Made by a program: the position numbers and the translations under genes
Assembly: GCF_033153115.1 (NCBI RefSeq)
Contig: NW_026889771.1
Coordinates: 15,314,001-15,378,000, forward strand
Direction of reading: 5' to 3'
DNA: 64,000 nucleotides
DNA from: Saccostrea echinata
Taxonomy: Eukaryota
The notes under the pieces: model-generated
What the model saw: the letters and a program-made list of their open reading frames with translations, nothing else
Databases searched by the model: none
Told to the model about the DNA's origin: nothing
Part shown: positions 50,595-64,000 of the stretch, in pieces
Layout of the letters: every line of letters starts with the position of its first letter
Numbering within the stretch: position 1 is the first letter of the stretch

Positions 50595-51414
50595 TTTCCT
50601 ACAGACCAAGTTTAATGATAGAATTCGTTCCGTGTATTGGCAATGTTTGCAAAATAAACACGGGCCATAACTCAAACTCTGTGCGTTTTCTATGAACAAT
50701 CCAGAGAGTTCCGAATGTCAACATGGTGTTAAATTTGAAGCGAGGAAAAAACGTTGAGAAAATGAGTTGAATTTTCGTATTTATATGAATTATTTTTTAG
50801 GTTAAAAGGCATATACAATCTCAAAAAGGTTTGTTATTATTAATATGATAGTTATTTTCAGTGCAACTCATTTTGTATTCTTCGAAATTATTTTGGAGTG
50901 GATCCACTCCGATTTGCTACATTCAGACCTGTTTACTCTTACGATTTCGCCGTATTTTGTACGGATTTTCAGTCCAAAATACGTCTCACGTTTTGCTATA
51001 ATGAAAATACGGAAATCCGTTCATATGGATTTTAGCAATTAGTTTTCGTTATCTGTCTCAGTTTGAAGCTTTTTAATCGCTAAAAAAGAGAAAAATTTCA
51101 AACATTGAAGTTGCCAAAACACGGTGGTTTAAAAAAAAATGACAGAAATAACTCAAAAGAAAGCAGGGTATGATGTTTTGCTTTGTTATTAAAGCATGTT
51201 TTGGTAATCAGAAATGTAGTTGTTTTCTAGTAATATATGTAATTCGATGAAAAGTGAAATCTTACGGGCAAATGCCAAATCTCACTGACAAATGTAATAA
51301 AAAATACTGAGAGACAACAGTTAGGGTAAACAGGTCTGTACATTGCAAGTGTATGGGACGTATTCTAAATGTGGTGAGGGCTTGTCCCGAGACACAGTTA
51401 GTTTATTCTAACTA
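50565..51414. mobile_element. Non-autonomous DNA transposon with TAG(A/T)TAGAAT termini and 9-bp TSD
   Basis: ggtacgagc|tagatagaat ... attctaacta|ggtacgagc. Confidence 0.85.
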
Positions 51415-52271
51415 GGTACGAGCATGCACAGATGCTTTAAAATGTGCATATTTCACGCAAAAAGTAGGGGTTTACAAAAAACGCCGTTGCAAAGTAACAG
51501 ATCATTTTTTAAATGTAAAACCACTTGGAAATGATAGATTAAAGGTGTTTCAAGAGTTTGTATTTTACAAAAATACAACTTTATTGTACAAATCGGGATT
51601 TATTCACTGGCAAAGTTGGCGATCTTTTACTTGTTGACATCGAGGTATTTAAGATAAAATATGCGATAAATAGATATAAGCAACAAATATTAAATTGAAA
51701 TTATAAAAAAATATATATTATTCTGCCTTATATCTTTTATTTCTATAATAAAATGCATGAAAAAGTGGTGTTAATATTGATTTAGTTATGATCATGGGTT
51801 TCAGTCCGCGTTTCCTCTGACTAGCAATCGACGGTCTTTATTCTCGATAATCATGCCAAGGAAGTGTAACAAAAATACAGTTAAAAATAAAATTCAAATG
51901 CAATTTATCGTATTCATTGTCTTTTATATCTTATAAGAATTAAATAAAAAGTTAATTAAGCATTTTTTGGAAAATAAATACGATTGTTTGAGGGGAAAAC
52001 ACGATTATATTTTATTTTATTTAAAACTAGATTCTAAATTCATATTTTCCTCATTCTTAAAATATTTGTCCTTGTGTTTTAAATTCCATAATTTAATTAA
52101 AAAATCTGATTTGAGACGTCACACAAAATAATAAATTATTTCATGAAATGACGGGAGATATTACGTTATTCCTACAGTATAAATTCAAAATTAACTTGAT
52201 TTTTCTTCTGTTGACATTTTACCAAGTTCATAGCAGAAATAACAATATTATCGATCTTTTTTCCTAAGGTA

Positions 52272-52741
52272 CCGTATATACTTGCCAATAAGTCAATCTG
52301 CCTATAAGTCGGTTGTATTTTTTGAGGTTATTTTGGAGGGATTTGCTTTTGACCCACTTATAAGTCGGGACAACTTTTTGCCAGAATCAGTTGACAATTT
52401 CAAATCTATGGTCTAATGTTTTAACCTGGTTTTGATTAATATTTTCAGAAATGACGCCGATATTTAATTTTAAATCATTAATACATAATGCACACTTCAC
52501 ATAAAAATAAAGTTATCAAATTATGTAAATACTTATACTTTATGTATAATCTTAGAATACATAAATGATATAATATATACAGACTTTGTTCAATGATAAT
52601 CATGGGAAATGTTTATAAAATAACTATATTTCGCCGTCCAGTAAAATACTAATCTCTTTATGACTTGCCTATAAGTCGGACATAGAGTTTTGGATGAAAA
52701 TTTAACTCCCAAAAAAACGACTTATAGGCGAGTATATACGG
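52272..52741. mobile_element. Tc1/mariner (pogo-like) MITE
   Basis: ta|ccgtatatacttgccaataagtc ... gacttataggcgagtatatacgg|ta. Confidence 0.85.
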
Positions 52742-54553
52742 TAGATGATATGAGCAAGTTTGTTTATACTGGATACGGCAAGAGTTACTGTTCTTGCGCG
52801 TTGCATGACGGGATGGAAAACCCTCGTTTGAGGGTATACCCCCGTTTGAGGGTTCGACCAGACTGCTCCTGTCCTTCCATCCAAGAACCAATGATCTTCT
52901 CTCCTTCTATCTGTCCTTTACACTTTGTGTTTAGCTCAGTGTCAAAGAAACTATATTTTTCCCCTTCAAAATTAATTCACATGCAGATATATATGGATGG
53001 GAGCATATTCAACTGCTCATAACTTTGTGACCTTGACCCATTCTATGACTCTGTCCTCAATATTCCTCATCTTGCTTAGTTCTTTAATTAATTAGCCTAC
53101 TAATCAAGACATCTTCATCAAACTCTGTATGCACTGATAAGAATTGGTGAAAGCAGTTTTCTTACCTTTCTTGTGACTTTGAACTTCACTTTATGATTTA
53201 CTCAAACAATGTTACAAATTGTAGGAACAATTCAACAGCATCATGATTTTCTACCCTATAATGCATATGTATTATAGGTAATGTATATTTTATTTTTTTT
53301 TAAAGTTAATTTCTTAAATTATCCAGTCTTTGAAATAACCCGGGAGTCCTATGCTGGGGATCTGGTAAAGTTGTGGACTGACATCTAAAAAAAATGAAGA
53401 TTTGCATGCCTGTGGGGCATGTGTAATGTTTTCTCTATTGTAGACTGGCTTTTGCATAAATATTTTTATACAGTGGATTGTCTATACTTTGAGTTCTGAT
53501 CGACAATAAATGTGTACGTATCTTTATTTTCTTCAAGACTACCCTTTTTCTATTTTTGATAATTTCTGTTTGGTTTTTTGTTATGTGTTTAAACATGGTA
53601 TAAAGTAGGAAAGGAGCTTTAATAGTGAAATAAATCAAATCAAAAGAAAATATTTATATCAGAATTTATCATTACCCCCCCCCCCCTTTCCCCCACTCCT
53701 CTTTCAACATGTTCAAATGTTCAATAATCATGTACTAAATTCAAATTTCTTATAAAAATACCATTGATTACAAAATTGTTTTGAAGATTTATTGATCTTT
53801 CTTTAACATCTCTGTTTTTACATTGTTGTTACATAGTGCCATACATGCAATAGTCAATAGCTGGTCAAGTGAGGGGGTAAAATTTATTTTCTATATAGCT
53901 AACTATACATTGTAATTAAACCAGACAAGTACAAGAATGTACTTAATAAGTTGACCAAAGAAGTGCATACAGAGTTGAAATCAATTTCACAGGTGTCATA
54001 TTCAATGGACCGTAACTAACTAATCCCATCGTCTTTCTACTGTTGTTGTAATTCACGAAATAAACGTCATTCATGCCACATTGTGTATAGAAACTGTAAA
54101 TAGGATTTCTACACAGAATCCAAAATTCAGTATGTTTATAAACTGCAAAACATGAATTTATGGCTATGTATAGGTAGGCAGGCATTAGGTTTGTGGCTAT
54201 GAGCATGACAATTAACCTGAAAGAAATTGATTTTTTTCTTTTTTAATTCTTGAAAAATTTTGGGTGGCAGTCTTGTAAAAAGAGTTGTTCATGTGTCTCA
54301 CTAACACTGATGGCATAGTCAAAAAGGAGGCAATTTTTTTTCTTCATAAAACCGAAGTCAAATTTCAAGTAGGGCATGTAAAAATTGGTAGGGGTTTGGT
54401 AAAAGTAGTAGATGAACATGCCGAACAAGCATGTGTTGAAAAAAAATGTTGTGAAGACTGATAATCATCATGATACCTTGAATCATACCTCTGGCTGGAA
54501 AAATAATTTTTTCCCCTCTGTTTTATTAATACTTAGAAAGCGAAAGTGAAGAT

Positions 54554-57170
54554 ATGTGGTCAGATGAGGATGGAAGTAGTAGGGACTCAGTTGTAGATCT
54601 TACAGATTCCCCACCTCTTCAAACCAAAAAGAGGAAAAGGGACATAGTACCCACAAAATCAATAGGCTTAACAAAAGTAAGTATGGTATACACTGCGTAA
54701 ATTTTCTAGTGGCTAGTACCAAAGAGATCTTTTGATTTGATTTTAGAACTTACTTCAGTTAGTTTTAATGTTTTAAGGTACCTTGATAAATTAAACAGAA
54801 AAAACACAAGTTTTTAATTCATATTTTTATTTTAAAGAAGAGAACTTTAATGAAAAGGTTCTTTTGTTATGTATCTCATTAGATATCTAATTTAACTGTC
54901 GTGATTTGCAATTTCTGGTCAGCGAAAGATGAAAGAAAAAAAAATTGTAGAAGGAACTTTAATATGTTTGACACTATTTTATAGAAAGCTAGTTCCTCCC
55001 AGTGGGTGACTTCATCTTTTGGAGACTTTGAGGATTTTGGAAACTTGACTTCATCTACAAAGCAAGCAAAGACAAAACAAGCCAAACTGGTCACCAAACC
55101 TCTTTCTCAGTGTCCATCAAGGTCAAATGTGGTAAACAAAAGACCAGCTTACGAAGATGAATTATGGTCTGACAAACACAGTCCAAAAAATCTGGTAATT
55201 GAAATAATTTTTAAAAAGTTTTTTAAGGTCTGTTTTTTTTTTAACTCTTTACTTATTTGCATAATTATGCAAGTGTACTCTAGCTATTAGAAATTAACAT
55301 TTTTTTTGTGTTTTAAAAAGATTGATCTGATTTATATATTTAGTTAGATTTAGCTGTGCATAAAAAGAAGATAGAAGAACTGCAGACTTGGCTCCAAAGA
55401 CATTTGAAAACAGACTCAGTGGTATTAATTATTACTACACATCAAAATGGGAATTACTGTATAGAATTTACACCTCTTAATTCTTTGTGTCCATCTATTT
55501 CCAGAAGGATGTTGATCAAAATATTTCTTAAATTTTTAGCTCAACCAATCAAATATGAAGTTCAACAGGTCTATATTTTGTTGAATTGACCCATCCACAT
55601 TTAAATTACACAAAACTCAGTAATTTATCCTATATAGACTTCATATACTTGTATTATATATATACCAAGGCAGGGCTCTAATTGGCGCCTAAAAATTATG
55701 CTTGGCGCCTAAAATTTTTCTATAAGTCGCAAAATTGGTGACCACATTAAATTGGCTTGGTGATCGTCAAATTACTGAACTATAAACATTTTCAAATTTT
55801 TTTTAATAAGGAGCAGAAAAGAAGTTTAAAAGTTAGCAATGGACATGTCTCTATATATTGACTAATATCAGATTTTTAATTGGTGCCTAAGAAAAATTTA
55901 CCTGGCGACTAATTTTTTTTGATAAGGTGTCAGTTGGCGCCTGAAGTTTAGAGGTCACATAGAGGCCTGCAAGAGATTACTCTTTTCATTGTAGTGGCCA
56001 AAAAATGTCACTTAAAAACTTAAACTGTCACTAAAACTTAAGTTTGTCACAATAAACACACTTAACGATCCTTGGTGACTTGTTAGTTTTTTTGATGTGT
56101 ACAGTCATGAAAGATTGTTTGTGTATTTTTCATTTTTTAAATACTGTGATCATAATTAGAAAGTTTATTAAATAGTAAAACTATTATTGTGCACTAGTAA
56201 TATATATGTACATGTACATGTGATTGTCAAATTTTTCAGTCCAGTGAATTTGCATTATTTTCCAGAGATCTCCAATGGTACTTTTGACCGGCCCTGCTGG
56301 TGCTGGAAAAACAGCTCTGGTGCAAGTTCTGGCCAAGGAACTGAATTGTGAACTGAAAGAGTGGACCAATCCTGTGGCTGGCTCATATGAAGAGTCAGTC
56401 TTTGTTGACCAGAGAAATAACTGGTCAGGTATGATTTAAAAAAAATGCTGCACATAATCCAAAGCAATTACTGTTTATCATTAAAAACAAATACAGTCAA
56501 GCCTTGTTATCTCAGACACAAGGGGATCAAGATTAAACCGAGATATCTGAGGATTTGAGATTAAGGAAAAAGTGGTTGAGACAGCCAACTCACTTCAACA
56601 TATCCATGGTGTTTGAGATATAGGTGTTCAAGATAACGAAGTTCAACTGCATGAGGTTTCCTTTCATGAATATTTTATTACTATTATAAGTAGTTGTAGA
56701 AGTGACAAATGATATGCTTTAAACAAAATGAAAATTACTTTTATTAATCCAGATTACTCTAAAGTAGAAGGCAGCTATTCTGGTTCTCAGCTCTCAAAAT
56801 TCCAACAGTTTCTACTGAGGGCAGACAAATATAATTCCCTGGATATATTTGGAAGTGTATCCCAGAAGAAAATTATCCTTGTAGAAGTAAATAACTTTTT
56901 TAATCAGTACTTCACATTGTATGTTGCCTTGATTTCACTATTAAAATCTATAAATGTTATATATAAAGTATTACAGGCATTAGGAAGTCACTGGGACTTT
57001 GAATTTTGCTTCCTTATAACAGAGATTCTTTATATCCATACAAGAAACATAGTGAAAATTGTTCTACAGGATACATATGAAGTTCTTTATAATTTTAAAA
57101 TATTTCCTTATATGGGAGTTCTGAATAACCAAGTTTTACTGTGAATGCAAAGAAAACTTAGAAAATGAGT

Positions 57171-57233
<63 letters not shown>

Positions 57234-60200
57234 GAAAGATTAAAGGAGAAATGTGTGGAAATTATAAGGCTTTGAATAAACCCATTCTATTTGTTTATTA
57301 ATGATAATAAATATAATTTCCCTCTAATTTTCAGGAATTCCCAAACATTGTTTACAAAGATGCTGCATCTTTTCATGACATTTTGAGGTAAAATTAGATT
57401 TGAAAAGATTGAGAGAAAGAGTCAATGATATGTAAATACTGCTTTTGATGGTAATACTTGTGCATACCACAATGTTAGTGTGTCTCCTATCCTGGTGTTT
57501 GTGATATTAACAAGTTATGTGCAAATTGTATTAATATAACTGAAAATATATTTTTTTGCTTATTTTACAGAAAATACTCCAAAATTGGAAAATGCCCTCT
57601 CATATTTATCATAAGTGATTCCAGCAATGGTGAATCTAATGAAAGACTTTTGTTTCCTAAGCATTTACAGGAAGAACTTCACATAGAAAATATCAGGTCA
57701 ATTTACAGTGAAGTATTTGTGCATTTATTTAATTGCATTAATGGATCAAATTGTTTGCAATTGACAGTACATGTATTACATTTAATCTTTATTAATGGAC
57801 ATATTCATTTATTCAAATATATTTATTGTGTCATGCATGGAAAGTGATAAGAAAATATTAGATATTTATTATGTTATGTAAGTGGAGAAAACCAATGTTT
57901 AATTTGAAATGGTTTTAGTAATGAATTATTTATCATTTTGTTCAAATTTCAATTTGTAGCTTCAACCCCATAGCGGCAACAACAATGCTAAAAGTTTTGA
58001 CCAAAATAGCAACAGAAGAAGCTGATCATGTAATTATTATTTCTGACTCAAAAATTCAAGTTTCACTCTTGATGACACCATTTTTTGTATAAAATGATTT
58101 AGCAAATTTAGTGTAAAATGAGATTAAATTTACGTTGCAGGGTATGCATAAATTTTCCATCCCATCTAAGGCTGTGATAGAATCCATTTCCATGTCCAGT
58201 GCAGGAGACATCAGGGGAGCCATCAATGCCCTACAGTTTGCTTGTCTTAAAGGTTATTATTTATAGTCATTTACATTTTTAAAAGATTGAATTAAAATTT
58301 ATGAACTTTATCCTTGGTCAACTAGCAATGAATATAAAATTTAATATAAAGCACACCTTGACAAAGTGATGGCCAGAGTAATGAACCATTGTCAAAAGGG
58401 TGGGCTGACTTGTTTGTTAAAGGAAGCAACATCTGCTTTATTAATTTTTTTTGTAGGATTTTATATTTAAAACCTTTAACATTATTAATTTGACTTTGTG
58501 TAAAACTCTAACCATCCTAATCTCCCATATATAGATACACATGATCTGGTTCTCCCTACCACATCTAAAGGAAAACAACCCAAGAGTAAAACAACAAAGA
58601 AATCTCACAGGAAAACGGAAAACAAGAGTTCAACTGATCCAGATTCCACTCTGGCAGCCATTGGTGGCAGGGATACATCCCTCTTCTTGTTTAGAGCTCT
58701 GGGCAAAATCCTGTATTGTAAAAGTGAGTTCACTATTAATATAACACAGTTATGTGACTTATTTCAGTATATGTACAAATCTGGGGGGAAAAAGTTTGTC
58801 AGATGCATTTGTAAGTTATAAGCTTTGCTCAACCTGCTTTGAATTCATTTAATTTACTAGATTTTTTTTTTTTTTGAGAATAAAAAAGTTACAAAATTCT
58901 TCAATGACGAATATATTGGGTAAAAATTTAGTATGACCATTGCAGGGTTGTTCCTAAGATTTAAAATAGCAGGGTACATTAAAAAAGTAGAAGGGGTTCT
59001 AGGGTTCCTTCTTTAACAGAGAGATGAGGGGGAATACCAGAATAACCGTGGGATTATGTCATTATAGGTGGGTTAATTCCCCGGCCCCTGGGTCTTAGAG
59101 ACAAACCTACCAATATATATCAAATTTATTCCAAAGATTGTCCTGTATGCAGACTGCATTTCATTAAATGTAGAACCCAAGTCATGTTATGAAATACACT
59201 GTATTCATCACTCCATTAATGATCAAAATTTTCTGCATTTACTGAAGTGAAAAAAAAAACAATGAAAATTTTCAATTTGTCTCTATTCTATTTTTCAGAA
59301 CTTAACAACAAAAGTAAAAGTTTCCTAATTTATGTTTGTTTTTCCTATTTTGATTACAGGGGATGACCCTCTTAACTACCCAGACTTACCCAAGTTACCT
59401 CCACATTTAGCAGAACATGAGAGAGATCCACTTGCTCTTGTACCAGAGGTACATGCTGAATATAGTGTCTTTACCAGTACAAATTGTTTGTTTGGTTTAT
59501 GTGTGTGGAGGGGGTGGGGGTGGAGGGTCTTTTCTGTATAAACCTTTTGCTATTTATTAGGAACTAAACAAGGTAGTGACTAATTTCAGTGAAAAATTAC
59601 TGTACCTGAAATTTACAGACACTTTTTATCGATTAGACAAGAATCAAGGATAGGAAATCTATGTGTACCATTCTTGTTACATGGAAACATTTCAAAGTGT
59701 TCTGCTTGATTGCCAGTATACCATGAAATTTAATACAAAAGCTTAAGAAAGTTTTAATTACTAGATCTTAGACTCTATATTTTCTGACATTTGAGAGCTT
59801 AACAATATTTTTTGATTTTTGATTAAGACTCAAACATGTAAGTTGAGAATGAATTGAGGAATTTCATGCTCAGCCAGCATGCATGTTAATATGCAATGTA
59901 GTTACACAAAGGTAACTCAAGGTTACATGTGTGGGGAAATGAAGAATTTATCTTTCAAATGCAATCAATCACAGTTTTACCAATACTAATGACCTTTATG
60001 ATCATTTTCAGGATATAATAGAGAAATGTAATTTATCAGGAGACTACTTCAGTGCCTACCTGCACCAGAATTACCTTGAATTCTTCTCAGAAATAACTGA
60101 CGTTGTCAGGGCATCAGAATATCTCAGCGACTCAGACTTCCTAACTTTTGAGTGGTCTGTAAGTCATTTTTACGCAAAATTTTAATTCCTCTCAAGACTG

Positions 60201-62752
60201 ACTAAAACATGTTTGTAGAAATCCACTATCAAATTCAGGCTGTGTGGTTCTATATAAATATAAGAATTGCTTCTTAATATAAATTATGTCAAGGATTCTC
60301 TTTAGAAAAAGAAGAGAAAAACACCTCTAAATATTTCACTAAACAAGATATATCTTTAAAAGAAGGCAAATATGAACAATGTATATTATTAATGGAAGCT
60401 ACATGTATCTAATGAATATTTTCCAAAAGTAATATATTACTTAGCAATTTAAAACCCTTTTTTCCAGACAAGATCAGTATTACAGGAATATGCAGCCTCT
60501 ATAGCCACAAGAGGACTGCTTCATTCAAATTCTAGTCGATCCAAGTATTCAACAGGTGGATCCGGGCTGGGGTGGAAACCTCTTCACAAGCCTCAGTGGT
60601 ACTCCATTAGTAAGACTGTAGGTGTTTTTATTTAATGTACTATATGTACTATAATGTATTTAATGTACTGTAGTACATGTAATGCACTATTATTTGGTGT
60701 TCATACATTTAATTACCTTTGCAGAGATGAATGCTTAAATCTGTGAATTTTCTGGTGTAAGACTGTGAAAATGGACTGGTAATTGTATTTTCTCTTCACC
60801 CTTTCAGAATAGACAGAATTGTGATGTTGCAAGACACTTATTCAAAAGTAAGATTAGTAACTGGTTTGCAATTAAAAACAAAATATTGCAATAATCCAAT
60901 ATTTCAAATTTCTATTATGGCCAATTTCTGTCAAGATTATTTCTTTGAAAGTTACATGTATGTGTGTTAATGAAACTTGGTTTGACCAAGGACATACATG
61001 TACATGCTAAAGGGATAGGCAACTTTCACTAGTCTTGCGATATCTCGTAAGTTGTGGGATTGCTTAAGTCAATTCTAAAAATCATATATCTCTAATGATA
61101 TGAATTTTTAATGAACAAAACCTTTATCTATTAAAATTTTTTTTTTAGATTTGATTTTGCACTGTATATACTCCTTATCTTAGAATAATTACAGTACATT
61201 GTATATTCAAAATCAACACATGCTCCTCCAAGAATTCACTGACTTTGGTGGTACATGTAGGTTGCTTTATATATAAATTATTTTGCAACAATTGCTTTGA
61301 AATTTATTAAAAATCCATATAAGCAACAGGAACTGATTAATTTTTATCAGAAAACAAACTTTTTTACTGAAAATAATTGTAATTTGAAAAACTTGTATTG
61401 TTGTTTGGGATGTTTTGGGCAAATAAACATGGTGGTGAAGGAGTTGCCTATTCCATTATATACGTCTCTGATTTGACAGTTTGTTAGAATAACCTGCTTT
61501 TTATCTCCGTTGCTTTTCTTATATGTTACAGTGTACTTCAAGTACTATCTTTCTGTCGGATATTTTAATTGAGTACCTTGCTTAAGGTATATAAACCCTC
61601 GGCTCACTCATATAAAATATTATTTTAACTCGTATGATTTTCCAAAATAATTGTATCTTTAAGTAAAATACAAAAGATAGTATCATAGCTTGCGGGGCAA
61701 AATTAAACAAAAAAGACACTTCAACTTGACAAATTTAGAAAGGAATAATATCTCATTAAGAGTTATCTCTCTTATCAGAGGATCAATGAACCTTAACATA
61801 TCTACAGGTGGAATTCTGTAGGAATTATAATCCAAAATGCATATGTGATACATAATTATGGATATAGGCCAAAGCAGCGTACACTCTTAATAGAATTTTT
61901 ATGAACATAAGATGTTCTGGTGTCTGACCTGATATAAGTATATGTTTTTTTTCTCTCCAAAAGGTTACGCTTGTCCACCAGATGTTCTACAGACAGAGTT
62001 AATTCCCTTTCTTTCTCTCATTGATGTCACACTTCATGATCCAGGTTTGTTCATGTTTGATTTTCTTATTACAAGCATGTACCAATCTGAATTTTTTGTT
62101 GTTGCTGAAGCAGATTACATTTAATGCCACCAGAGGCATTTAATGAATGTAACCATTCAGCAGCACATTATGTCAAGTGCTACCTTGTTTGTTATGGACT
62201 ACCAACTTCTGCAAATTTTTCATGACATGCTATGCACTAAAGAGCTTTTTTTTCTATGCATTTACTTAGAGAGGCAAAGATTTATTCAGTTATGTGTTCA
62301 TGGTTTTATAAATTTATGTTTTCACTATGTCAGTATGTGTGCAAAATTCCAACTAAAATGAAATCACATCTTTTCCTTTTAGGGAATTCTTTCATTAATG
62401 TTTTGAGTAAAACTAACTCATTCTTTAATGCTTGGTGGGAAGGTCATTGATTTTCTGAGATTATTTTCTGTTTTGTACATTCAGTGCCATTTCTTACCCT
62501 AAAAAGTTTGAAAGGGAGTAGTGACATTTGAGTATTACACTTAAAGATCTTTTTTTTTTTTTAAAAAGAAAACTTGTCTGCTGTTGTATGTGATATTTAT
62601 CACTTTTTGTGTTAAAAGTGCCACAGTCTAAATATGATATCATCGAGTCTTTTACTCATTTAAGTCTGTGCTATTAATTTTTTTCTCTATTTTTTTTTAG
62701 GCCAAATATCATTTATAAATGAAATAACCAAATTCTCCAGTGCAAAGCTACG
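54554..62752 (+). CDS. RAD17: Cell-cycle checkpoint clamp loader RAD17 (3' end lies beyond the window)
   Basis: About 16 exons. Motifs: QWVTSSFGDF, LWSDKHSP, DLAVHKKKIEEL, Walker A LLTGPAGAGKT, KIILVEEFPN, FNPIA, GDIRGAINALQF, GRDTSLFLFRALGKILYCK, YLHQNYLEFF, WKPLHKPQW, LQTELIPFL. The start ATG at 54554 is inferred. Confidence 0.95.
55671..55969. mobile_element. CAGG-ended MITE with internal ttggcgcct repeats
   Basis: caagg|cagggctcta ... tagaggcctg|caaga (4/5 TSD match). Confidence 0.65.
57174..57230. repeat. (GA)n microsatellite
   Basis: About 28 uninterrupted AG/GA dinucleotides in a RAD17 intron. Confidence 0.97.
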
Positions 62753-62867
62753 GTAAGAGGTCTTCTACTTTAGAATAAATTTATTTTCTTGTATTAATGT
62801 TATGGATTAATTTTATTTGATTAACAAAGAGTGTTAAAGAATCAGAAAAATATTTCCGTTTTAAAGA

Positions 62868-63001
62868 ATTTTTAGCTCAATTGAGCTTTCTCACCTAAGC
62901 TGAAAGCTCAAATGAGCTTTTCTGATCAAAAATTTTCCGGTGTCCGACTGTCGTCCGGTGTCTGTCGTCTATAAACTTTTCACATTTTCGACTTCTTCTC
63001 A

Positions 63002-63032
<31 letters not shown>

Positions 63033-63507
63033 TCACAAAGCATCCTTGGGTGAAAGAGATTTAAGTTTGTTCACAGGAAGAGCTGTGCCCTCTTTGAAGG
63101 GGAGATAATTAAAAATTTGTGAAAATTTGGTGGCTTTTTTAAAAATCTTCTTCTTAAGAACCACTGGGCAAGAGAAGATGAAACTTAAGTGAAAGCTTCA
63201 TTACATACTCTAGATTCAAATTTGTTCATATCATAACCCCTGGGGGTACGGCAGGGCCACAAGAGGGGGTCGAAGTTTTTACATGGGAATAAATAGGTAA
63301 TGTCTTAAAACTCGTATCAATGTAGAAGCATCCTCTGTTAGTGTTGAATTCTTTTTGCTCAAACCAAAGCCCCTTTGTATAGGGTGGGGCCACAAAAATG
63401 ATCAAAATTCAACATAGGAATACATCTATATTGTGAAAAAAATCTGATGTAGAGCAGCAGGGCGAAAGTGACTCAGGTGAGCATTGTGGCCCATGGGCCT
63501 CTTGTTT
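62868..63507 (+). mobile_element. Helentron/HINE-like (CvA/Pearl-type) non-autonomous element
   Basis: Starts tttttagctca..ctgaaagctcaaatgagcttttctgatc; short gtcc/gtct repeats; repeated ttcttct..aagaaccact; ends ctcaggtgagcattgtggcccatgggcctcttgtt. Related end fragments at ~28985-29016 and ~34296-34335. Confidence 0.75.
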
Positions 63508-64000
63508 CAAACTACCATCTTTGTGATAAGTTTCAGACCCAAAAATAGGGCCTTAAAAATGCTGCAGTGTAAGTGAAAAAACTGTACACTGCTCATCAAA
63601 GATCTGTACAAAATATCAACCAAAAAAATCAATGTAAAAGGGTTATATTTATATCTAAATTTTAAATCTACAATAACATGAAGTGCTATTACTTTTTGCA
63701 GAATTTTTTTTTACATATATTGAAATAATGTCAGCAATGTTGAATTTTTCACAAACAATCCATGTACAGTGTACCATAAGAGAATGTAGATCACTGTCTT
63801 CAATCAGTCTGCATACATAGCATGATACTATTGCCCTGTTCAAAGGGAGAGTTTAATTCGCAGTAAATTAATGTGAAGTAAAATGATGCGAATTAAATTA
63901 ATGCCAATTAAATTGCATTCACACAACAGCTAATGCGAATGCAAATTATAATTTTATCTCTACAAAAAGGCTATTCAGTGAGGCTATTATGACGTCATTT

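Noticed and set aside
52658-53022. Overlapping ORFs and small ccctcgtttgaggg hairpins
   Set aside because: They overlap a mariner MITE end and show no protein motif; probably a repeat fragment.
58943-59108. Another CAGG-ended MITE as a fourth 5-bp-TSD example
   Set aside because: The TIR is imperfect and no matching flanking duplication could be read.

Overview
AT-rich, intron-rich animal genomic DNA. The repeat families look like those of a bivalve, probably an oyster; this is inferred, not proven. Seven conserved protein-coding genes can be reconstructed by hand from GT-AG junctions: HDAC1/Rpd3 (-), REX1BD/C19orf60 (-), PIGW (+), HSDL2 (-), an SCP2-type (SCPx/DAF-22-like) thiolase lacking the SCP2 domain (+), TMEM69 (-) and RAD17 (+, runs off the right edge). 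Six of them form three head-to-head pairs. Bases 1-6.7 kb are a ~514-bp tandem array with two subtypes. On the minus strand each unit parses as a two-exon module (76+104 = 180 nt, frame-preserving) that appears to be fed by two unique upstream exons. HSDL2 (ends -SKL) and the thiolase (ends -AKL) are a divergent pair of peroxisome-targeted lipid enzymes separated by a 4.6-kb non-autonomous piggyBac-type insertion. Introns hold many non-autonomous elements: a TRIM with tRNA-derived LTRs, a foldback element, a 9-bp-TSD family with a 77-bp mini copy, CAGG-ended MITEs with 5-bp TSDs, and Helentron/HINE-like, mariner, Harbinger and Kolobok-like MITEs. All coordinates were counted by eye, and no searches were run.
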